A stretch of DNA of 64,000 nt, taken from assembly GCA_002269645.1 (NCBI GenBank), contig NIVC01000511.1:94023-158022 (forward strand). The letters are read 5' to 3'. The DNA is from Macrostomum lignano (taxonomy: Eukaryota). The notes below the pieces were generated by a model. The model had not been told where the DNA came from. It saw nothing but the letters and a program-made list of their open reading frames with translations, and searched no databases. The position numbers and the translations under genes are program-made. Shown one piece after another: positions 11,026 through 31,689 of this stretch; position 1 is the stretch's first letter; each line of letters starts with the position of its first letter.

Positions 11026-12548
11026 CCCACGCTGAGGTGGGTTTTAGCCATAGCCAAATCCACGCCTCCTGTGTCCACCAGTGATTGAGTATGACTTAAT
11101 AACTATCTTCACAGGCACAAAATCCAGTTGCAAATATCAAAGAAGCGGAAAGGCCTACTGCCGCCCACCTTCCTGCCGCCTTGAAATTGCAGACAGCACC
11201 AGCAATGGGAAGGAAGTGAAACGCAGAGAAAGGCAAATGAGCCTTCATTAAAAGCGGGAAGAGACAGTCGGGCAGGGTTGCTAGGCAAACAGGAGCGGAC
11301 AAGACGAGAATGGGAGCGTGCGGAAATGTCGACGGGGGCGAAGAAAGGATAAATTTGTCCTATAAATAGACAGCGCTTTGATTTTGATTTTCTCAAGCGT
11401 CAGAATGGGAAAATGAGAGAGCGGAAAGGGCAGATGGGAGCGCTGACAACAAGCGGCACAGCGCTGGGCTTGAACCTGACCTTGTCGCGCTAAAAATATT
11501 ATGATGTTACAATCGAAGACCCCATTTAGTTAAGCTTTGAAAGCAATTCATATTTGCCCACTGAAATCTATAGGATGACTAAAAACAAAGCAAGAACAAA
11601 TTAAAAATAAATGGAACGGGAGTGCCTGCAGTTGCGTACTACCCGGCAATTATCAAAGCCGGTGCCAATTCGTTACATAGTTCATCGATTAAACTAGGTC
11701 ACAGTACACTTTTACTGCTTCAGTACTCTGCTTGCTTTGCCTTCTTACTCACACAGAAGTACAAAATGAGATACGGAATCACGTTTCTGTAAAACAGACA
11801 GCAGCGTGTTCCTGCCCTAGGAATTGGCAAAGTCAAAAGCAAGCATTTTTCATTTTATAATGATGAAATACAGATGCATCACTTGCAGGTTTCCAAAGTT
11901 TCATCGTGAACTTTTTTCGCTGTAAATTCATTGAAGGTTCAGATCTTTGAATATCACGATGTCACAAATATAGTTGAGTTATTAAAAGTTTTCGACAAGT
12001 CACAACAAATAACTGGCAGGTACGATAGAATAGCTGCTAATTCCCACTTGTATTTTTTGTATTCTTCCGTGTATGAGTTCAGTACAAGGACGCTTCACTG
12101 GCCTAAATATCCACAGAAACTGTTATTTGATTTTTTCTGCCCGGGACAAAATGAGGGGAAGAGAGAGCGATCGGGAAAGCAAACGGGGGGGAGTAGAGCT
12201 ACGACTCATACGAGTAGCTGGAAGGGCAATGGACAGCTGGGGAGGGTTCATTTGAGAATTGTTTACATGCTGCGGGATTGGCCCGCAAGCGAAAAAAAGG
12301 GAATCTCGCACGGGGCGTGTTCCCGTTCCTTTTTTCCTAACCCCTCCCTCCTTGCCTCGATAGATGCAACCGGAGCATATACTCGTAGGTGAGCGTCCCG
12401 GGCCTTTGCACGCAGATTTTTCCGCACGGCAACTCCCTCTCTGGCGGAGCCTAAATCACATAGCTCTCAGCGGCGGCATAATTGACAACACAAAAACAAA
12501 GCGAGGACTTTCACCCAGACGCGACGAGTGTAGCAACGGCAAAACAAT

Positions 12549-19873
<7,325 letters not shown>

Positions 19874-20589
19874 TTGCGGGGCCCTGTGAAAATAGTTGCA
19901 TGCAAGTGCACATTTTCACTTGCTTTGATTTGCTTAGGTTTCTTCACTTGTTTGCTAAGAATCACTTAGAAAACGATGTTCCGTGACCCACCCTACACGT
20001 TTGGTAAGTTTTCTGCCAACTAAGAAAAAGACTGCTTGTAAAAAATGTTCCAATTTAATCCATTCTAGCTTGGTCTGTTTGTTGTCAACAAAGGAATTTC
20101 TCTATAACGTGTGTGACTGTGTGTTGCATGCCCATTGTACAATACACATTTGTTGTTTAGTTGTTTGCATATATAAGTTTATTCCGTGCTTCTCAAGAAA
20201 TTCATTCCAATAAGTCATATCACTTTATTCGAAGTTATTTTTGGTCAGTTTGATTTGCTTTTGTTTTCATAGCTTTTGATGTTTACATTAAGCATTCGAA
20301 TATTTGTTTGTTTTTTGCAAAAATATTTTTGTGAATATTCATATGCTTTTGACGCGATATAATTTTATATATAGCCAGATGTTTTCACACTTAAAGACAA
20401 AACTGCCTCATTTGTGTCTTTCCTAAAAAGCTGCACTTAATCCTAAATACAAAGTCACTGTTTTAGGACGAAACTCACTTCAAGATTACGATCATTTTTC
20501 GAAGACATGCAATCACTTCAAAATACATTAAAAATATTGTACGTGCGTATTTCTAAATATACTCAGTTTATTTATAAGCTATAGCGAAA

Positions 20590-21018
<429 letters not shown>

Positions 21019-21312
21019 ACAACAGACTGGCTGGCCTCCATACCATACAGATTATTAAATTTAACCGCTACACAAACCGTACGTTTTTCCGCTTTTATTC
21101 GTCACAAATAGTTAACAAACTAGTAGATATCGTATTCTAAATTCAGTTTATTTCCGTTCTAAAACGACTTATAGTTTAAACAATGTATGCAGGCTACCAG
21201 TGTGTTTGAGGGTAAAAACCTGTAATAGTTTAGTTTATATCATAGTTTATATTCAAATGCCAACTAAGATACCAATTTAAGACTTCTGTATAAGGCGTCA
21301 TATCTTTGTAAG

Positions 21313-24300
21313 GGGTGATTCTCATCGAGAGGTTTTGGAGGTTTTGAGGTTTTTCAGAGGTTTCATTTCGAAAAAATATTTTTGCACAAAAATTTTAATA
21401 CTGTACAAAAATTGAAATCTTACTGAAATTTACTAATGAATACAAATTTTCTTTAGAAAATAGCTCGGAGGTTTCGGATTATTTTTAATTTTTCTTCTGA
21501 TAGGCACGCGCGGAAATTATTTAACTTAGGCAACTATTTTATGCTTTTAACTAAAAGAAAGTGGTTTTTTAAAAACACTGCACGCAACACAACACACTGG
21601 TAATGTCATCGTTGCCAATGGCATTTACATTCAAGGTGCAAAAACAAAATAAAAAATATTCGACTTGAAGGCGCTGCTTGAAATATACTGAAAACATATA
21701 GACAGCTGTTTCATCCATTTCCTGTTTTTACTTTTGAGTGCTGCATACCATTTTGCATTCGAATTATGTAATGACATTGACGACCTGCATGCATACTGCC
21801 TCAGAGAAGTAAATAGAAGAATTATTCTTGTCTCAATGTTTTTTTTATAAATATATGGTAGCCTAGAATTACAAGTATGCATTTTTATTACTTAAAGCAG
21901 AGCATTTAACTTTTAATCATAAAATTTATTTTAATTACTAAAAGCTATTAGCTTTTCTCTCAAAAAATAACACTAGTTGCACAACTGCTACTGCTGACAA
22001 AAGCTCTAACACCTTAGATTTAGTTCTTATACAAACAAAATGCTTGCAGTAAGACTTTGTACATGTATTGCACCACCTTTGTTTGATGCTAAAAATCTAT
22101 ATTGAGCAATAAGCTAGATAGCCGATACCAATATTTTTACTAGAGTTAAAACTAAAAAGTCATTGGACACATTTTTGACATTGTTTATTTAAAAATATCA
22201 TAATTTCTTCAATATAAATGTATTATTGGCATCTTTAAAGATTGCAAGAACAAATGTATAGGAAAATCATTATGTTTATTGACTTTTGAAATTGATTGTT
22301 TATGAAAAGTTATAGATCAAAGTAATCATAATCAATGCCTTTTATTTCAACATACTTTGTTTCAGCTGCCAATACCATGCCTGAACTACCGCTTGCCTGG
22401 TCTCCTGCCTGCATTCTGAGCCTGTACAGGCCAACAATGCTTCATGTTTGTCTAATCTAATAACAGGCATTATGGCATTCCATGTCCTATACCCACTTAT
22501 GTTGCGTCTCAGTGCAACCTAGCTCGCCACCCTTAGAGCTTTGGCAGGCTGGTTGCTTTTGTGGTGGCAATTGGTTTGGTTGTCAGCATACAGAAGATGG
22601 CTGTGCTCTAGCTACTAACCAGATGACATCAACCGACAGCCTAGGGGCTAATCTACTGCACACTGCCTTCGAGATGAGTGACTGAAGTTCTTCAACTGCT
22701 TGCTGGCTGACGCGCTACAGCCTTCGTTTTTGCAGGCATCGTCTTTAATATGCGCATTAACTCCCAAAGTTAAGAACTTCACTTTCATCTGAGTAAATAA
22801 CAAGAAAAGACTTATATTCTCTCATGTAAAGATCTGAAATGTGAACTTTTAAACTGTTTTGATTTGACTCTCAAAGAATATTTATAATATAGCGTATTTA
22901 GGTAATGTAACAGCAATGTATAGATAAATATACATACTGATAGAGAAAATACAAAACGTTCCTTCTTTGTTTTTGAAATGCATTCTTGCAATGTTCGATG
23001 TTTTAAAAATGTAAGGCCTAAAAAAATAAGGAAAGACCAATTGGCAACTACCGTGAAGCTCGTTTGCTTGTATCAAGTTGGCGTACGCTGGCTGACATTG
23101 GGTTATCTATCAGGCTTCGGAGTCTCGCCGCACTAAACCCTTGAAAAAACGTTAGCCAGCCTTTTGAGATGCAGCATAGCATTCCAGGTTCAATGACATG
23201 TCTATGAAGATGCATCCTACACCGTCAAGACTACCGAGGTGATCGAGACCTCAATATTGTAGGGTGAGGAACATGGGCGATGCTTCTCCGGTGCGCGGTT
23301 TCCGCTACGGCCAGCAAAGTGCAATTGGGCAGTCGCATTATGTCAGTTGTAGTGAGTTCCATTTGGATCAGCACTCGGCTGCTGCTGCTGCTGGACAAAA
23401 ATGCTTGGTGTGAGTTCCCTTGAAACAATTCCCGCAGGGCAATCAGGTGGGCTGCAAATTCCTCTCCAAGATTGGCACCAGCATGCCTGACATTGGTTTT
23501 CATGGCCTCCAATTGAGACTATCGAACCAGTTGATGCTGGAAGCCCAAAAATGCGACAATGGGACTCGAGTGCTGCAATGATGAGCAACAACGCTGAAGT
23601 CGAGCTGCACCAAAATGTCCTGTAATGGGTAATAGTGAAATGAGGAATTTTATCTGTCTAATCATTGGAATGAACTTTCCTGAAAGGTCATGCCATAACT
23701 TTTGCTGAAAATCGCGCCATTAAGAATTTAGGGACACTAGCCATGTAACATGTATGAATGTCATCTCTTGCCCCAACCATTGGCCTTTGCTTTCAGCTAC
23801 CCTTGATCCTCATAACATGTATATTGGAAAGACAGCATTTAGAAAATTTACTCACTTGTTGCAGTCAAATGTAGTGAAGACCTTGGGGTGTCAAGAAAGA
23901 CACTTGGTGGATTAATTTAATCGACTTCTAGAAGCATATCATCTTGTGCAATGGTATTTTAGTAGGCCATTGCTTTGCATGAATTCCCATAGTTTGATGG
24001 GCTCTGGAAAGATGGCATGATTGATAAAGGAATACAATGTTAGTCTTATATTTTAATATATGAATGTAGTGTAAGTACTTAACATCATAAGAAAATCTAA
24101 AGATTTATAACCTTCTCCCCAACATGGTTGGCACCATGCATTTCATTGGCATGATAACTACTGTGGATGATAAGAGAGTATATTGGTTTAATATTAAAAC
24201 AATTCACTTATAAAGTAAATTAAAAACTGAATAAAAATGTGATAACTAGGCATACATAAGTACAAGCTACTATTTACTTTGAATATTTGCATAAAAAGAC

Positions 24301-25263
24301 AAAAACTAAAGCAAGTTACTAATGTATAAGAGTAATAGAAATTGTACTCACCCATATCAACTTAAATTATAACTGAATATAAATAGCTATTAATAAATTA
24401 TAATTAAAATTAAAAAGTAAAAATTTCAGTTCATTAGAGCTTTCAAATTTATACGTAGAGGTAGAGCAATCAAATAAAAAATTGCCATTTTTAAAGCCTG
24501 GTGAAGAGAATTATTCACTAGGATTAGAGACTTAGTCTTAGGTAATAAATATTTTTATCCTGTGCATAGTGTGTTAGGATTTAGGATGATGATGTAAAAA
24601 TAGTAAAATAATATAAAATAAAAATAATTTTTTAGTAAATTGGATGTAAAATAAAAAAAGAATATCAAATAAGTGAAATAAAAATAATATATTTTACATT
24701 AAATATGCCTAGTAAAATACTTAGGGCCTTTAGTTAGTTAGACTAACAATCTATATTAAATAGCGACTGATACTGATTTGATGAAAAAAATACTGACTTG
24801 GTCTTGTTAGTGTTAGTCATAATTTAAGTCTGGCTTAAAAATTGATAGCTTTCTTAAGACCAAGTAAAAAACAATATGAAATTCGCATTGGTAAATAGTG
24901 TCTGTATTTAATTACATGGACAGGTCTAGTAGAAATTAGGATAGTTACGAATATGCATTGAAAGGGAACAACACACACTTGTGACGATTCGCAACTTTGC
25001 GCTTATGAAATGAAATGTGTCATGGAAGTCTACCACTTCGCACAAAAACAGTTAAATAATTTTCGCGCGTGCCTATCAGAAGAAAAATTAAAAATAATCC
25101 GAAACCTTCGAGCTATATTCTAAAGAAAATTTGTATTCATTAGTAAATTTCAGTAAGATTTCAATTTTTGTACAGTATTAAAATTTTTGTGCAAAAATAT
25201 TTGTTCGAAATGAAACCTCTGAAAAACCTCAAAACCTCCGAAACCTCTCGATGAGAATCACCC
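21313..25263. mobile_element. 3.95-kb DNA transposon with 214-bp TIRs and 10-bp TSD (MULE- or Merlin-like), internal coding decayed
   Basis: TIRs at 21313-21526 and 25050-25263 begin GGGTGATTCTC and differ at about 5 positions by eye. tctttgtaag is duplicated at 21303-21312 and 25264-25273. Confidence 0.9.
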
Positions 25264-25436
25264 TCTTTGTAAGTGCATTTTATGGATTGTATTTAAAAGC
25301 TAATAAAGTAAGTAAACAGCCTGTTGGAAGGAATTGTTGCTTTTGTTGTTTGTAATAAAGCTGTAAAGAATTATTATTTAAAGAATAGTAATTCCTTTTT
25401 ATTTATTTTTCGTTTATTAAACGAAAAATACGCACG

Positions 25437-28400
25437 ATGCAATTGTACAGTTGTGTGACAATTGTACTGCTTATGGTGATTACCAGATTTTCTGCTGCAG
25501 TTGAAAACGAACATGAAATGTGTTGCAAGTCTTGTATTTCGAAGTTCCATACTTCTGAATTGCGCTCGGTAAGTTTAGGAATCATTTAAATTTCGTCTTT
25601 TGTATAGTCGTTGAATAAAAGTAATTGCGATCATCCATGACTTTGTTTTTACTCATGAATATTAAAATAGAAACTAATTTAGCAGTCATGGAAGTATTTA
25701 GTTAAATAAAATTTGTGTTCTTCTATAATTTAATGGGGTCCTAGACTCCTAAGCCTAAGGCTTATGGCATGGCATAGTCAATGGCAAAACAATGACTTCT
25801 TTCTAAATCAACATATTTGTCAATCACAATGACTTAGTAAATCAGTCATAGCCTCCTCAAATATATGGAGTGGTTGTTTATATATGTAGCTCATATAGTT
25901 TTTGCTTACCATAGATAGTTCCTAGTAAGGCCATAGTCAGGAAGGTGGCACTTTTGTGTACTAGAATAAATTTTATAGAATATAGGGACAATCTTTGTAT
26001 TACTTGAACAATGACTATGGGCTATTGCTATGTTCTAACTTATAAAAACTATATAAAACCAAAAGGGCAGGCAATTAGATATTTTGGTTAACAGACTTTT
26101 ATCAAAATTGGATGTTTTAGATGAAAAGTTAGAATATAAAATAAATAAAATAAATATGGTATTGTCATGCAAAATTTATTTATGACTATAATATTTAATT
26201 TAATATAGGCTTACTATTTATAACATGTTTAAGCATTTTTATTTTTATCTTTACTATTTATAAAAAATATGAAATATAGCAAATTTATTAATTTTGCACT
26301 TATTATTATCATTTAAAAATTACTTTTACCTTTCCTTGTTATTGATTTCTGTTATTATCTTTCAAATAATATCTGCTAAATCTATAGCTTTTGTAGTACT
26401 CATTTTATTGTTGTTGTCATATGTTACAGCTATAATTATATTGGAACATTCATAAAAAGCCATAAGTATTCTTTCCAAAAAACTAGAATTTTAAATTTAC
26501 ATTTGTATTATAACTTAAAAAATTGAATAAATTTATACCAATTCAACTTTTTTTAGTTAATAGCCATATTTAGTCCTAATTAAAAGCTGTTTGCTAAAAG
26601 CTTTAGAGAAATACTATTAAAAATTCAATGTTTATTTTGCCTCAAAAATACATGAATTCTCTTTGTTTCTCTTACACTTCACTCAGTCCTGCATGCGAGG
26701 CTGCAGACTATATGGCATGATCTTCTTAGCACATGATCCCATTGTGGCCCGGACCGAGACTGCCAGCCTCTGTGCCAAGTCCTGCACCAGCGGGGGCAGC
26801 TCTGATGCCAAAACTGAGGCCTGCGCTGCTGGTTGTGCACAGCAGGACCATGTCTTCCGCCAGCACCACCTGGATGGCCACTCGGCCAAGTTGGCTGTGC
26901 TGATAGGGCTTGCCAGGCCGCCCATTGTGCACTCGCCTTCGCCTCGGCACTGGCGGCTCTTCGATCGGGCGTGGCCAATGCAGCAGCAGGTAGGACTGTG
27001 CTGCAATCTGTGCCCCATCCTGTACTGCAATCTGTGCCCCACCCTGTACTGCAATCTGTGCCTTATCCTGTACTGCAATCTGTGCCCTCCTGTACTGCAA
27101 TCTGTGCCCCATCCTGTACTGCAATCTGTGCCCCATCCTGTACTGCAATCTGTGCCCCACCCTGTACTGCAATCTGTGCCTTATCCTGTACTGCAATCTG
27201 TGCCCTCCTGTACTGCAATCTGTGCCCCATCCTGTACTGCAATCTGTGCCCCATCCTGTACTGCAATCTGTGCCCCATCCTGTACTGCAATCTGTGCCCC
27301 ATCCTGTACTGCAATCTGTGCCCCATCCTGTACTGAAATCTGTGCCCCATCCTGTACTGCAATCTGTGCCCCATCCTGTACTGCAATCTGTGCCCCACCC
27401 TGTACTGCAATCTGTGCCCCATCCTGTACTGCAATCTGTGCCCCACCCTGTACTGCAATCTGTGCCCCATCCTGTACTGCAATCTGTGCCTCATCCTGTA
27501 CTGCAATCTGTGCCCTATCCTGTACTGCAATCTGTGCCCCATCCTGTACTGCAATCTGTGCCCCACCCTGTACTGCAATCTGTGCCCCATCCTGTACTGC
27601 AATCTGTGCCCCATCCTGTACTGCAATCTGTGCCCCATCCTGTACTGCAATCTGTGCCCCATCCTGTACTGCAATCTGTGCCCCATCCTGTACTACAACC
27701 CGTGGCCCGCAGGCCGCAGTGGGCAGCGTCTGGTTACACGCGGTAAGAATCCACATCCGCCCAATGCCGGCCGGGCCAGACGGGCGGCCTCGCTACCTGG
27801 TTGAGCTGGCCGAGCGCGCCATTCCACTTCGACTCGTCCGGCTGACGGGCGGCGGTCCTCGCCAGGTCGCCGTGCAGGCGGACTCGCATCGCAGGTCTCC
27901 GTTCGCCAGCTACTGGTTCGATCATCCGCACTCTTCGATTCTTCGCTACAGGCACCTGTCCCATAGGACCCGCGTGGCGCTGCGTTGGGCCGCCTGCGGC
28001 ATCCTGATCGCTTCGCTGATTGGCCTGCTGTGCCTCTGCTGCAGCCTGGCCCGCTCAACCAATCAGCGCCAGATTCGTGTGCTGCGCAGCGCCATCGTTA
28101 AGCGGGTGAGGCGGCATGGCGTGTTGGGCTTGAAGATCCTGAAGGTTCTTCGTAATGGGCTGTCCCATTCTGGATGAGTTGTGCCATTTTGGATCTGATC
28201 TGTGCCATTTTGGATCTGATCTGTGCCATTTTGGACCTGATCTGTACCATTTTGGATCTGATCTGTACCATTTTGGATCTGATCTGTACCATTTTGGGTC
28301 TGATCTGTGCCATTTTGGGTCTGATATGTGCCATTTTGGACCTGATCTGTACCATTTTGGATCTGATCTGTACCATTTTGGATCTGATCTGTACCATTTT

Positions 28401-29600
28401 GGATCTGATCTGTGCCATTTTGGATCTGATCTGTGCCATTTTGGACCTGATCTGTACCATTTTGGATCTGATCTGTACCATTTTGGATCTGATCTGTGCC
28501 ATTTTGGATCTGATCTGTGCCATTTTGGACCTGATCTGTACCATTTTGGATCTGATCTGTACCATTTTGGATCTGATCTGTACCATTTTGGGTCTGATAT
28601 GTGCCATTTTGGATCTGATCTGTACCATTTTGGGTCTGATCTGTGCCATTTTTGATCTGATCTGTGCCATTTTGGATATAATCTGTGCCATTTTGGATCT
28701 GATCGGTGCCATTTTGGGTCTAATCTTTGCCATTTTGGATCTGATCTGTGCCATTTTGGGTCTAATCTTTGCCATTTTGGATCTGATCTGTGCCATTTTG
28801 GGTCTAATCTTTGCCATTTTGGATCTGATCTGTGCCATTTTGGGTCTAATCTTTGCCATTTTGGATCTGATCTGTGCCATTTTGGATCTGATCTTTGCCA
28901 TTTTGGGTCTAATCTTTGCCATTTTGGATCTGATCTGTGCCATTTTGGGTCTGATCTTTGCCATTTTGGGTCTGATCTTTGCCATTTTGGGTCTGATCTT
29001 TGCCATTTTGGGTCTGATCTGTACCATTTTGGGTCTGATCTGTGCCATTTTGGGTCTGATCTGTGCCATTTTGGATCTGATCTTTACCATTTTGGATCTG
29101 ATCTGTGCCATTTTGGATCTGATCTGTGCCATTTTGGGTCTGATCTGTGCTTTTTTGGATCTGATCTGTGCCATTTTGGGTCTGATCTGTGCCATTTTGG
29201 GTCTGATCTGTGCCATTTTGGATCTGATCTGTGCTTTTTTGGATCTGATCTGTGCCATTTTGGGTCTGATCTGTGCCATTTTGTGTCTGATATGTGCCAT
29301 TTTGGGTCTGATCTGTGCCATTTTGGATATAATCTGTGCCATTTTAGGTCTGGTCTGTGCCATTTTGGATCTGATCTGTCGTTTGGATTTGAGTTCTGTT
29401 TTTTTGTGTCCCAGCTGTGCAATTTTGTGATCAGCTAGAGAGACAAGTCAGTTAAACATAAAAACATCATAATTTAACAAGCATTATCCCAAACTTGAAA
29501 ATTTCCACAGCAGCCGCCGCCGTCCATTCAGTCTGGCGACATTCTGATTGGGAAAAAGCAGCAACTGCTGCTGCCGGAGAAGCCGGCCGACACGATTTGA
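25437..29600 (+). CDS. TMEM59: TMEM59-like (BSMAP-domain) type I membrane protein, 305 aa predicted
   Basis: All-phase-0 exons 25437-25568, 26687-26989, 27713-28105, 29511-29600 (918 nt). Signal peptide MQLYSCVTIVLLMVITRFSAA. Cys pattern CCKSC..SCMRGCRLY..CAKSC..ACAAGC matches TMEM59. TM segment WAACGILIASLIGLLCLCC. Tail PSIQSGD...LPEKPADTI*. Confidence 0.85.
26996..27695. repeat. 24-bp minisatellite CCTGTACTGCAATCTGTGCCCCAT filling TMEM59-like intron 2
   Basis: About 29 near-identical units, two of them 22-bp variants. Confidence 0.97.
28185..29378. repeat. 21-bp minisatellite GATCTGATCTGTGCCATTTTG in TMEM59-like intron 3
   Basis: About 57 units with patterned variants. Confidence 0.97.
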
Positions 29601-30089
29601 AGTCCTGATTGGCAGGGTGAAACTGTAAATTCTGTGCGCATGACAAAAGCTGGTAGAGTTTTTTGTAAACGCCCGACTCAATAAAAGAATTCCTAGAATA
29701 CTCGAGAAGTTCCGCCTGCTCTGTTGTCTTAGAGATTTTGATCACCTGCCCTGTTTTAAGACTGTCTGATAAGCTAAAATTTTATCAACTTTGAGTCTTC
29801 TCTTTTTGTATTCTTTGATCTCGGATGATTAAACTTTAATGTGCGGCATCCCATATCTATTCAGAATATTCCTCATTACATTCATTTTCCTTTGTTATAG
29901 ACAGGCTTTGCGGTAATTGGACTTGAAAATTAATCATTTTAATTCTGCGAGATTCAAATCTGTCTTTGTTTTACTCTTTGAATATAGTACAGTATTGTCG
30001 CGATTTTAATAATAAACACTGGATCATTAAATAGTAATAAAAATCTAATGGTAGCAGACTGAGTCTTCTGCTGTGTTTGAATGTTGCCT

Positions 30090-30500
30090 TTGAAGTTTCG
30101 AGCTTTGAAGCTTCGAGCTTGTGAAGTTTCGAGCTTTGAAGCTTCGAGCTTGTGACTTTTCGAGCTTGTGAAGTTTCAAGCTTTGAAGCTTCGAGCTTGT
30201 GACTTTTCGAGCTTGTGAAGTTTCAAGCTTTGAAGCTTCGAGCTTGTGAAGTTTCGAGCTTTGAAGCTTCGAGCTTTGAAGCTTCGAGCTTGTGAATTTT
30301 CGAGCTTGTGAAGTTTCAAGCTTTGAAGCTTCGAGCTTGTGAAGTTTCAAGCTTTAAAGCTTCGAGCTTGTGAAGTTTCACGCTTTAAAGCTTCGAGCTT
30401 GTGAAGTTTCAAGCTTTAAAGCTTCGAGCTTGTGAAGTTTTAAGCTTTAAAGCTTTGAGCTTGTGAATTTTCGAGTTTGTGAAGTTTCAAGCTTTAAAGC
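30090..30500 (+). repeat. 15/16-bp GAAG(T/C)TTCGAGCTT(G)T minisatellite
   Basis: Same family as 10760-11025. Confidence 0.9.
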
Positions 30501-30525
30501 TTCGTCATTCGAGCTTAAATTTGAA

Positions 30526-30808
30526 GGGGGTTGTAGCCTAGTGGTTAGAGCGTCGGACTCACGACTTGAAGGTCGGGTGTTCGATTCCCGATCCCACTTA
30601 ACTCTGCATTGCTTCAGTTCACCCAGCTGTAAAATGGGTGCCAGCATTAGCTGGGGTAATTGAGGGTTCTGTGTGGCGACCCTCCCCCTCCCAGTCCTTG
30701 GACTGAACAGCCGTGCGCAGCCTTCAGATTCGCCGCGCAATAGCTGCGGCTGAGCTGCCGGTTGCACACCTGGCCCAATTGGGGCAGGTGTAATCAATTA
30801 TTATTATT
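30526..30808 (+). mobile_element. CORE-SINE family A, second copy (internal deletion)
   Basis: Near-identical to 6339-6643 but lacks the ~30-bp segment containing gtgtccttgagcaaga. Ends in (TTA)n. Confidence 0.85.
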
Positions 30809-31009
30809 GTGAAGTTCTGCGCTTGTGAAAGGCGCCCGTCACAGGGTTCAGGAAAGAGCTACTCTACAATATGAATAGCAATAGTTCTGTAGGAAAACCC
30901 AGAGCCTTGGCCACAGACAGCGTTCCCCGAGATTAGCAATCCTTGCTTTCGATGGATTATTGCCTTTTGAACAAAGTTAATAAGAAAATATTCTAAAAAT
31001 ACTGGAACT

Positions 31010-31270
31010 ATGTCACTCGGAGCAGCCCTGATAGCTTTAATTGTCTTCGCCTCAGTGTCTGTCACCGCACTGCTTGTCGGGCTGGGCTTCAGCGTCCACT
31101 GGAGTCAGCAGAACAGCAGCCTGAACTACGGGCAGCAGCGGATCTGCTTGCTGACTAACCTGCACCTGAAGATCATACTGGCCTCTGTGCAGCTGGCTTG
31201 GCTGGTCAATCCGGACTCCTATATTAAAGTTAGACGGAAACTCACCGTGGCGGATGTGCGCAGGGCATGA
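31010..31270 (+). CDS. Possible small membrane protein (86 aa), unassigned
   Basis: GC-rich ATG-to-stop ORF in AT-rich surroundings with an N-terminal hydrophobic helix AALIALIVFASVSVTALLVGLGF. No family recognised. Confidence 0.3.
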   Translation: MSLGAALIALIVFASVSVTALLVGLGFSVHWSQQNSSLNYGQQRICLLTNLHLKIILASVQLAWLVNPDSYIKVRRKLTVADVRRA

Positions 31271-31689
31271 GGCCGTCTGATCAACTATATTTTGAGTTTA
31301 TCAACTCCCAGCAATAAGTTTGTTGGCTATCTAGTAAGACTGTATTGCATTTTATAAGCAATAGTATTGCAGGATTCATATCGATCCAGCTTTTCAGTGG
31401 GCTGAATAATAAAAATAAATTAAATTGATGCATTGCAGAAATCTACATTACTGATATGCTACTTATAGGGATGCATATAGTACTTGATCTTGATCAGGCA
31501 ACATGGGACAGTTGACTAAATATACTCAGCAACGTTGAAAAGTCGCCACCCTTTGCCCCAGTGAGCAGTGTCTTTCGACCAGCCTCTATCACCTGGCCAA
31601 CGATTTTGACATTAAAAATGCTTGAAAAAACGATGAAAACCGGGCGGAAGCTTCAATCCATCCAGTCTTCGCCCTCCGCTCTTCCCAAT

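Noticed and set aside
26663-28177. Single 504-aa protein as given by the ORF track
   Set aside because: Better explained as two TMEM59-like exons plus an in-frame intron with canonical GT-AG ends. Retention is kept only as a hypothesis.
28098-29430. 421-aa and 418-aa repeat ORFs
   Set aside because: Translation of the 21-bp array, with no unique coding flanks.
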